Assembly: GCF_048059015.1 (NCBI RefSeq) | Contig: NZ_JBLLNT010000005.1 | Span: forward strand, 172,034-236,033 | Length of the DNA: 64,000 bases | Direction of reading: 5' to 3' | DNA from: Thalassospira sp. | GTDB lineage: Bacteria; Pseudomonadota; Alphaproteobacteria; Rhodospirillales; Thalassospiraceae | Shown: piece after piece, positions 18,547 through 26,555 of the stretch | How the letters are laid out: the number at the start of each line of letters is the position of its first letter | How positions within the stretch are numbered: the stretch's first letter is position 1 | The notes under the pieces: generated by a model | Seen by the model: the letters and a program-made list of their open reading frames with translations, nothing else | Database searches by the model: none | What the model was told of the DNA's origin: nothing | Made by a program: the position numbers and the translations under genes

Positions 18547-19377
18547 ATGATTTACCGAAACTGGCAGGGTACGGAAATTCCGGCTCTCGGATTTGGGACC
18601 TACGAGCTTAACAATGACGAAGCGGCCGCAATGGTCCTTGAGGCCGCCAAAATCGGCTATCGCCATTTCGATACGGCCCAGATGTATCACAACGAAGAAG
18701 GCGTCGGCCGCGGACTTAAGGCATCAGGCCTTGCGCGTGACGACTATTTCCTGACCACCAAGGTCTGGTACGACAAATTCCAAAGCGGCGATTTGCAAAC
18801 ATCAGTCGTTGAATCCCTTCGCAAGCTTGATCTTGACCATGTTGACCTTCTGCTTTTGCATTGGCCAACCGATGAAATCCCGCTTGAAGAAACGCTGGCC
18901 GCTTTGAACGAGGTCAAAAACCTTGGCATGACGCGCCTGATCGGGATTTCAAACTTCCCGACGGCCCTGATTGACAAGGCCGTTGCGCACAGCAACCTTC
19001 CGCTCACGGTCAATCAAGTGGAATACCACCCCTATCTTGACCAATCGAAGGTGATTGAAAGCCTGCGCGCGCATGACATGCTTCTGACCGCCTATTGCCC
19101 GATTGCACGCGGCACGGTGATGAAAGATCCGATCCTAAAAGCGATTGGCGAAAAATATGACAAGTCAGCGGCCCAGGTAACCCTGCGCTGGTTGATGCAG
19201 CAAGATGGCGTGATGGCAATCCCGAAATCGGGCTCGCCCAAGAATGCGGCGGCCAATTTCGACATCTTTGATTTCGAATTGTCTGAAAACGATATGGCAG
19301 CGATCCATGATCTCACCAATCCGGAAGGCCGATTGATCGATCCATCCTTCGCCCCGAAATGGGACGAAGCTGCCTGA
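18547..19377 (+). CDS. Aldo/keto reductase
   Basis: GYRHFDTAQMY, LLLHWP, IGISNF, NQVEYHPY, IPKS. Confidence 0.93.
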   Translation: MIYRNWQGTEIPALGFGTYELNNDEAAAMVLEAAKIGYRHFDTAQMYHNEEGVGRGLKASGLARDDYFLTTKVWYDKFQSGDLQTSVVESLRKLDLDHVDLLLLHWPTDEIPLEETLAALNEVKNLGMTRLIGISNFPTALIDKAVAHSNLPLTVNQVEYHPYLDQSKVIESLRAHDMLLTAYCPIARGTVMKDPILKAIGEKYDKSAAQVTLRWLMQQDGVMAIPKSGSPKNAAANFDIFDFELSENDMAAIHDLTNPEGRLIDPSFAPKWDEAA

Positions 19378-19571
19378 TCCTCGCACCACCAAGCAACTTA
19401 TCAACGCATAAAATCACCAAGACCGGCTGCATTCGCGCCGGTCTTTTGCGTTGGCAAACAGGCCCGTATCAAAAACGGGCGAATTAACGCCCGCACATGC
19501 CACCAACTTGTTTCGCACATGCGAAAAGCGTAATCTGATCACATTCATCAGACAAAAGACTGTCGCGCGAA

Positions 19572-20228
19572 ATGACCCAGACCAACGCCAACACCACAGA
19601 ACAAGCAACCGCCAACACCCCCAAAAAAGACGATATTTCACATCGCCTTTACGAGGATGTTCTGGCTCTTTTGCTTGGCACTATGGTGGTCTCCCTTGGT
19701 GTGACGCTTTATAGCGAAAGCGTTCTGGTCACCGGCAGCACGGCCGGTGCGGCGCTTTTGGTCGAACATGCGACGGGCTTGTCATTTGGCCTGATCTTCT
19801 TTGTGATCAACCTGCCCTTTTACTGGCTGGCTTTTAAGCGCATGGGCACGGCCTTTACGGTCAAAACCTTCATCGCGGTTGGTCTTGTCTCGGGCTTCTC
19901 CAAACTGACGCCGATGATGATCGACTTTCAAATGCTCAATCCGGTCTATGCCGCAATTGCCGGTGGTGCGCTGATGGGGATCGGCCTTCTGATGCTGTTC
20001 CGCCACCGTGCAGGCCTTGGCGGGATCAATATCCTCGCCCTTTACCTACAGGAACATTTCGGCATCCGCGCAGGATATTTCCAACTCGCCGTCGACCTCG
20101 TCATCCTCGTCTGCGCGTTCCTAACACTACCGTTAGACAAGGTCCTACTCTCGATCCTCGGCGCGGTTGTGCTGAACCTGATCATCGCATTGAACCATCG
20201 TCCGGGGCGATATTTAGCTGCGAGATAA
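19572..20228 (+). CDS. YitT-family membrane protein
   Basis: INLPFYWLA, LFRHRAGLGG; multiple hydrophobic helices. Confidence 0.85.
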   Translation: MTQTNANTTEQATANTPKKDDISHRLYEDVLALLLGTMVVSLGVTLYSESVLVTGSTAGAALLVEHATGLSFGLIFFVINLPFYWLAFKRMGTAFTVKTFIAVGLVSGFSKLTPMMIDFQMLNPVYAAIAGGALMGIGLLMLFRHRAGLGGINILALYLQEHFGIRAGYFQLAVDLVILVCAFLTLPLDKVLLSILGAVVLNLIIALNHRPGRYLAAR

Positions 20229-20290
20229 AATATCATTTGAATTCGTAGCGTCGGCGTAAATACTGCTATCTCAAGATAGTAGGAAACAGC

Positions 20291-21049
20291 ATGCCACCAC
20301 ATTTTATCATTCTGAGCTTGATGATCGTCTTTTTCATCGTAGGCTGTTTGACTGGCGGAATTATTGCGCAAGGACTGGAAGCCAAAACATTTCTGAATGA
20401 AATAGAAAAGTGGCAAACGCTGGTTTCCACTTTTGCTTCCGTCCTAGTCGGCGGTGCCTCCGCATACTTGATCTACGCTCAAATCCGCTCGAATGCCGAA
20501 CTAAATGAGAGAATTAGGGCATCTGCAGAGGAAAAGGCAAAGGCTACTATGCCGAACCTATTGAGCGAAATTGCACACTATACAGAGTCGCACTTATTTT
20601 CTCTGACCAACCACACTCACCTTATTAACAGTCTACCTAACCCTACTTACAGCTTTGCGCCAAATTTCCAACTTCCGAAAATAAACCAAAATACTATCAC
20701 CAAACTAGAAAACTGTATCGAGTATTGCCCTAATGTATGGGCAGTAAAAATCCATCGCTTATTACGAACGATACAAGTTCATGAATCCAGATGTAAATAC
20801 TTCGTGGAAAGCAAGAAACAACTTAACCGACTTGACCGAAGAAGTTGGATCATGACGGCACTAGAGATTCGCGCAAGATGCAACGCACTGCATAAATACT
20901 CAGATGTCGGCGTCATACAGAAGAGTTTGTACGACGATTTAACAATTCGTGAGGTTCAAGGTGCACTCACAGTGTCATGTAACTATTTGAATGGCACAGA
21001 TTACAACGACGCACATGAGTACGCTGAACGGATATACAGCATTAACTGA
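20291..21049 (+). CDS. AT-rich hypothetical protein with two N-terminal TM segments
   Basis: 252-aa ORF with SD (AGGAAA); visibly lower GC than its neighbours; next to the tRNA-Arg 3' end. Confidence 0.7.
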
Positions 21050-21119
21050 AAGAATTCCTACTTCGCGAAGAAATTCATGCACCGCCGTTCAATTGCGAAA
21101 GCAAGGTACTGGAAGAAAA

Positions 21120-21196
21120 TGGCGATCCCTGCAGGACTCGAACCTGCAACCTACAGATTAGAAGTCTGTTGCTCTATCCAGTTGAGCTAAGGGACC
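21120..21196 (-). tRNA. tRNA-Arg(UCU)
   Basis: 77-nt cloverleaf GGTCCCTTAGCTCAACTGGATAGAGC...GTTCGAGTC...CCA; anticodon TCT. Confidence 0.97.
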
Positions 21197-21341
21197 GCTG
21201 GGTGGGGTGGTTTGCTTTTCCCCGGGGCATGGCATTGGGCGCCTGCCCGATATGATTTCAGGATTTAACGTCCCCTGTCAGACGAAACGGGGCGGATACC
21301 CGCCCCGATGATTTGGTCTTGGCTTACAGATCAGACCGCGA

Positions 21342-21635
21342 TCAGACGACGCGTTTGAAAGCGAAGTTGTCAGCGTAGGATTTGATCTGGACCTTGCGCG
21401 GCTTGGGCTGTTCGATATCAGCGATCAGCTTGTGTTTAGCTGCGAAGGCCTGAGCTTCTTCGAGGGTTTCGAAATACATGCGGACCTGGCCACGGGTATC
21501 GGTCGAACCGATCCAGCCCATCAGCTGATCAGCGACTTTTTTCGCACCCGGTTCAAATTCCATGACCCAGTGCTTGGTCGCAGCCTGACCGGACTGCATG
21601 GCGTTCTTGGCAGGTTTGTAAACACGGACCTTCAT
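21342..21635 (-). CDS. ETC complex I subunit (NDUFS4-like) protein
   Basis: RVYKPAKNAMQSG, LMGWIGSTD, SYADNF. Confidence 0.9.
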   Translation of the reverse strand: MKVRVYKPAKNAMQSGQAATKHWVMEFEPGAKKVADQLMGWIGSTDTRGQVRMYFETLEEAQAFAAKHKLIADIEQPKPRKVQIKSYADNFAFKRVV

Positions 21636-21780
21636 CGGGACCCTCGTCTTGACCGTCGGGATAAGATGGTGATGGCAGTTAAGCGGGTCTCTCTAACCCC
21701 TGCTATCACATCATCTTTTACACCCTTTGCCGCAAATTGAAAATCCCGTGTGGGATCAGATACTGCAACAAAGGGGGAAA

Positions 21781-21857
21781 TGGTCGGGAAGGCGAGATTC
21801 GAACTCGCGACCCCCTGCTCCCAAAGCAGGTACGCTACCAGACTGCGCTACTCCCCG
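21781..21857 (-). tRNA. tRNA-Pro(UGG)
   Basis: 77-nt cloverleaf CGGGGAGTAGCGCAGTCTGGTAGCG...GTTCGAATC...CCA; anticodon TGG. Confidence 0.97.
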
Positions 21858-22016
21858 ACGCGGATGTGGATTTAGCACCATCTTGCTGGGTGGGCAAGAC
21901 CGCATTACACGATTTTGTCGAAAAAAATGCACAAAAACCAAAGGCCGCAGATATCCTCTGCGGCCTTGCTATTGCTGATTGATCTTTTGTGCTGTGCGGC
22001 ACTGTCTTGCAAAGGC

Positions 22017-22463
22017 CTAGCGCGGCAGGCCTTCGACTTTCTCGCCGACCTCAAAACCCATCCTGTCAGACGCACCACCATTCAGCTCCAGCACAAAGCG
22101 CACAGGCTTTGGCGACGGAATGATGGTTTCTGATTGCGGCACGGTGCGTTTTTCAATGCCGACAATCGTGCCATTGGCATCAATGAACAACATATCGAGC
22201 GAAATGAAGGTGTTCTTCATCCACATCGAAATGTTATGCGCGCCGCCGAAATCAAACAGCATCCCCGCATCATCAGCCATTTCTGTTCGGAACATCAAAC
22301 CACGCGAACGTTCTTCGGGTGTGATGGCCATCTCGACATTAAAGACTTCGCCATCGACCAGAATGCGTGATCGTTCAAACCCGGTTGCCTTTGCGTTCAG
22401 CCCGGCAACGACCGCCGCGCTGATAAAGCACACCACCAAAGCCATCTGAAAGAACGACTTCAT
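22017..22463 (-). CDS. DUF192 family protein
   Basis: RGLMFR, GMLFDF, MWMKNT...LDMLF, FVLELNGG. Confidence 0.9.
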   Translation of the reverse strand: MKSFFQMALVVCFISAAVVAGLNAKATGFERSRILVDGEVFNVEMAITPEERSRGLMFRTEMADDAGMLFDFGGAHNISMWMKNTFISLDMLFIDANGTIVGIEKRTVPQSETIIPSPKPVRFVLELNGGASDRMGFEVGEKVEGLPR

Positions 22464-23674
22464 ACCCCATATCCTCTTAGTCTTCTGACGCGTTCGCGAA
22501 CCTCATCGCGAATTGCGCCACCCCGCCATGGATCAGCAAGAGTTGTAAACATCTCTGATGCTGGCTGTCTGCCACGGCTATGCGACCATTTTATGACACG
22601 CAGGATATTTTCCGCTGTGATGGGTAACACAGATGGTATTTCGATCCCGTTAATGGTTGCCCAGACACCGGACCAACAGCGTGCGACCCCATATGGACTA
22701 TATCCTCCGCCACCCAAAACAAGAGCCCTTGGTGCCAAACGGGTCATCGCCCCCACGACTTCCCAGATCGACTGATTGCCCAAAAGCTGTCTTGAGAGTG
22801 GATCTTCGGCAAGCGTATCACATCCACATTGCAAAACAATAGCTTGTGGCGCATAACTTAATGCAAGAGGAATCAAATATTCATGCAGAACAAAGCGCAT
22901 TTCATCGTCATGCATCTCGCCTGGCATCGGTAGATTGCGCGCCATGCCGCCCGCCACATCCTCGATTAATCCGGTCTTTGGCCATAAATCTTCCTGATGC
23001 ATCGAGACGGTCAAAACCCGGTCATCATCGGCAAAGGCATATTGCACGCCATCGCCATGATGGGCATCAATATCGACATAAAGCACCCGATCCAGCCCCA
23101 AATCGAGAAGCGCATATATCCCCAAAGCCGGGTCATTGAAGTAGCAAAAGCCCGATGCACGGTCGCGCAATCCATGATGGGTGCCCCCCGCCGGATGATG
23201 GATGATGCCGCCATCGGCAATTAGCTTTGCCGCCATGATGGATGATCCGGCCGCAGTCGCCGGACGCCGGAAAATTTCCGGATAGATCGGGTTGCCGTTT
23301 TTACCCAGACCGAACCTGACCATCATGTCTTCTGGCAGGGCCTGATCGCGTTCGGCCTGCATCACCGCATCGACATAATCGGGATCGTGGAAGCGTGAAA
23401 GCTGATCGGGTGTTGCGACCGGTCCGGTCAAATAGGTGTTTTCGTCCACCCAGCCCAGTGCATGAACCATATCAACCACCAGCGACACCCTCGGGATCGC
23501 CAAGGGGTGTTTGGGGCCGTAGCTTGAACCACGGTAAATCTCGGCCGCAATCATGCGCGGGGTGATCGCGCTTTGGCGATGGTCAGGAAGGCTATTGGTA
23601 ATCGTCACGATATCAAGCTGGAAGGGGTTGCATGCATGGCAAAGAGGATTGACCGTTTCCCCCTGCTCTTTCAA
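22460..23674 (-). CDS. acuC: AcuC/histone-deacetylase-family Zn-dependent deacylase (start uncertain)
   Basis: GGTHH, SGFCYFND, DIDAHHGDG, QCGCD, GGGGY. Confidence 0.85.
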   Translation of the reverse strand: MKEQGETVNPLCHACNPFQLDIVTITNSLPDHRQSAITPRMIAAEIYRGSSYGPKHPLAIPRVSLVVDMVHALGWVDENTYLTGPVATPDQLSRFHDPDYVDAVMQAERDQALPEDMMVRFGLGKNGNPIYPEIFRRPATAAGSSIMAAKLIADGGIIHHPAGGTHHGLRDRASGFCYFNDPALGIYALLDLGLDRVLYVDIDAHHGDGVQYAFADDDRVLTVSMHQEDLWPKTGLIEDVAGGMARNLPMPGEMHDDEMRFVLHEYLIPLALSYAPQAIVLQCGCDTLAEDPLSRQLLGNQSIWEVVGAMTRLAPRALVLGGGGYSPYGVARCWSGVWATINGIEIPSVLPITAENILRVIKWSHSRGRQPASEMFTTLADPWRGGAIRDEVRERVRRLRGYGV

Positions 23675-23709
23675 GTTCTGTTTTTATTGCAACGGGACGG
23701 AGCTTTGAA

Positions 23710-24012
23710 ATGTCGCTTTCAAATTATGCCTTTCTGATCAAGGCCGATGGATATCCCGCATCCGGGCAAGCCATGACACTTCCCGGGGATGGTTTCACCA
23801 CGCATATCTTTGCCGCGTCCGATATCAATACCCTGATCAATGTCGCCAACACGCTGATCGAAGATGGCATTTAACTGATAGAAACATGCGGCGGATTTGG
23901 CCCGGATGATTTTGCGGCCTTGTCCGATGCGATTGGCGGGCGCGTCGCCCTTGGTCAGATGCATTTTGACGAAACCAATAAATTGCTGCTGGGCCAGTTG
24001 ATCGCCGATTGA
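23710..24012 (+). pseudogene. DUF6506-like gene interrupted by an in-frame TAA
   Basis: Hand translation MSLSNYAFLIKADG...LIEDGI*LIETCGGFG...; stop at 23872-23874 and the frame continues 45 codons. Confidence 0.7.
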
Positions 24013-24094
24013 CCGATCAGGTGCCTTGGCGCAATCTGTGATTGCCACATCATAATTCGCTGCCACCACACTACATCATTACAAAGGACATCCA

Positions 24095-25162
24095 GTGCCT
24101 CCGCCCCGTCCTTCCCGATTTCGCGCGCGCCTGACGGCGGCTGTCGTTACATTTGTCGTCCTCGTTGCCATTGCAGCAAGCCTGGCCTTGCGCGGGTTGA
24201 CCGACTTTGATCTGTCTGGCCGATATATCGAGAACCTGACATTTGAAAGTGCTGGCAACAGCTTATCAGGCACGCTTGTCCTGCCCGATGCAAACCATGA
24301 TGGACCAATTGCCATTATGGTGCATGGCGATGGGCCGCAGGATCGCTTTTCGTCTGATGCCTATTTGCCGCTGATCAATGCGCTTCTGGAACGCGGTATT
24401 GGTATCTATAGCTGGGATAAGGCCGGTATCGGTCACAGCACGGGCAACTGGCTTGATCAGTCCATGACAGACCGGGCGGTTGAGACCAAGGCAGCCTTTG
24501 ACATGGTTTCGGCCAAACGCCCAACCCAACAAGGCAAGATCGGCTTGCTTGGCTTCTCACAAGCTGGCTGGGTGATCCCGAAGGCATCACCAATGATTAC
24601 CAACAATGCGTTTAACGTCATCATTGGGGGCGCTATCAATTGGCAGGATCAGGGTGCGTTTTACACCCGACAACGCCTTCTGGCTGAGGGGTTAAATGAC
24701 ACGGAGATATCTGAACATATCGCAGAAAGCCTGAAGCGCGATGAGATGACATTCGCATCTGATGCAGATTACCAATCTTACATCGCAGCAACCAATGACC
24801 CGCACCCGATGTCAGAAGACCGGTTTGGCTTTGTGAAACGCAATATCAATAGCGACGCAACAGCCGATCTAAAACGCCTGCGCGCGCCAACACTGGCTAT
24901 TTTCGGAGCTGATGATCTTAATGTCGATGCCCGCAATGATGCCGCGATCTATCGCGATCTGCTGGAAGGCCGACATCCGCAAAATGAAGTCACATTGATC
25001 GCGGATGCCACCCACGGATTGCTGCGCGCAGGATTGTTCAATTATCAACTCGCCCATCAGATGCCGCTTGATCGCCAGATCCTGTTTTTGACGATGGGGC
25101 AATATGCCTATGCATCAGGCGCCCTTGATCACATTTCCGATTGGATCAACCGCGCTGAGTGA
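24095..25162 (+). CDS. Membrane-anchored alpha/beta hydrolase
   Basis: N-terminal TM, HGDG, nucleophile GFSQAG, ATHGL; GTG start. Confidence 0.85.
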   Translation: MPPPRPSRFRARLTAAVVTFVVLVAIAASLALRGLTDFDLSGRYIENLTFESAGNSLSGTLVLPDANHDGPIAIMVHGDGPQDRFSSDAYLPLINALLERGIGIYSWDKAGIGHSTGNWLDQSMTDRAVETKAAFDMVSAKRPTQQGKIGLLGFSQAGWVIPKASPMITNNAFNVIIGGAINWQDQGAFYTRQRLLAEGLNDTEISEHIAESLKRDEMTFASDADYQSYIAATNDPHPMSEDRFGFVKRNINSDATADLKRLRAPTLAIFGADDLNVDARNDAAIYRDLLEGRHPQNEVTLIADATHGLLRAGLFNYQLAHQMPLDRQILFLTMGQYAYASGALDHISDWINRAE

Positions 25163-25330
25163 CCGAGCCGCCACATAAAAACATAATATTGCGGTGCAAG
25201 GGTCAAAATCTGGAATCAACATCCCCAAATGCGGATGGTCGAAACTATACGATCAGCTAATACGGGCCATAACAACCTGTGGCCTTGGCCGGTCAATCTG
25301 ATCGGCCTGTATTGATGAGAGACCAGAGCA

Positions 25331-26509
25331 TTGCACTTTTCCAAACCGGGGCAGGTAAATGTCCTGATCATTGATGACGAAGCCGATATGAGCGAATTCG
25401 TTGCCGATGCTGCTTCTGCGCTTGGCTATACCGCGATTTCCGTATCGGATGCGGACGAATTCGTTCGTGCCTACTCCACCGCGTTTGACGTGATCATCCT
25501 TGATCTGTTCATGCCAAAATTGGATGGCATCGAGATCATCCGTTTCCTTCATGAAAATCGATCCGGGGCTTCGATCATTTTGATGAGCGGCAAGGACAAA
25601 TCGATCCTGCATTCCGCATCCGAGCTGGCAGCCGAGCGCAATATCGAGGTCTTGGGCGTTCTGGAAAAACCCTTCACCATTGATCAGCTGGAAGTCATTC
25701 TGGGCAAATTCACGGTCCGCAAACGCGTACCCAATGATGAGCAAGGATCAATCTCGGCCGCGCCCACGGTTGAAGGCATGCGTCGCGGCATCGCCAATCG
25801 CGAATTCTTTTTGGTCTATCAGCCGCAATTTGACCTTAAGACCGGCAAGGTATCGGGTGTTGAGGCATTGGTGCGCTGGCAACATCCGACACGCGGCTTG
25901 ATCCACCCTGCACTCTTTATCCCGCTGGCCGAGGAAAGTGGACTGATCAACAAGCTGACCGAGTTTGTTCTTGAAGAAGCAATGAGCCAGCTAAAACGTT
26001 GGCAAGCACACGACATCACGATGTCGATCAACGTATCGCCAACCACGGTTGTTGATCTTGATATGCCTGAACGTCTTGATGCACTGACCAAGGCACATGA
26101 CATTGATCCCCACAAAATCGTGATCGAACTGACCGAAACGGCGCTGATGGAAAATGTCGGTCTTTATATGGATATCCTGACCCGTCTTCGGATGAAGAAC
26201 TTCAATCTGTCGATTGATGACTTCGGCACGGGCTATTCATCCATGCAGCAGCTTGTACGCGTGCCGTTTAACGAGCTTAAGGTCGATCAGTCCTTTATCC
26301 GTCAGGTGATGAATGACGCGGAATGCCGGGCTGTGGCGCAGATGTCGATTTCACTGGCGCATGGCCTGAATATGAAGGTTGTCGCCGAGGGTATTGAAGA
26401 TCAGGAAACCTATGACTGGCTGAAAGAACTTGGCTGCGAATTGGGTCAGGGTTTCTTGATGTCACGTCCGATTTCCGCCGAAGAATTGGAAATGCGCTTC
26501 CTTTCCTGA
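25331..26509 (+). CDS. Response regulator REC-EAL c-di-GMP phosphodiesterase
   Basis: IIDDE/ILDLFMP receiver; EALVRW, DDFGTGYSS, KVDQSF, AEGIE, QGF all intact. Confidence 0.93.
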   Translation: MHFSKPGQVNVLIIDDEADMSEFVADAASALGYTAISVSDADEFVRAYSTAFDVIILDLFMPKLDGIEIIRFLHENRSGASIILMSGKDKSILHSASELAAERNIEVLGVLEKPFTIDQLEVILGKFTVRKRVPNDEQGSISAAPTVEGMRRGIANREFFLVYQPQFDLKTGKVSGVEALVRWQHPTRGLIHPALFIPLAEESGLINKLTEFVLEEAMSQLKRWQAHDITMSINVSPTTVVDLDMPERLDALTKAHDIDPHKIVIELTETALMENVGLYMDILTRLRMKNFNLSIDDFGTGYSSMQQLVRVPFNELKVDQSFIRQVMNDAECRAVAQMSISLAHGLNMKVVAEGIEDQETYDWLKELGCELGQGFLMSRPISAEELEMRFLS

Positions 26510-26555
26510 TCGTGCAAATCCCTAATTCTGCAAGTGAAAGTGCGAGTGCCCAACC

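Noticed and set aside
20229-21119. Integrated prophage or ICE at tRNA-Arg
   Set aside because: No integrase and no duplicated tRNA 3' end were seen; reported only as a remnant patch
25163-25330. Possible c-di-GMP riboswitch upstream of the REC-EAL gene
   Set aside because: The class I and II conserved elements could not be placed
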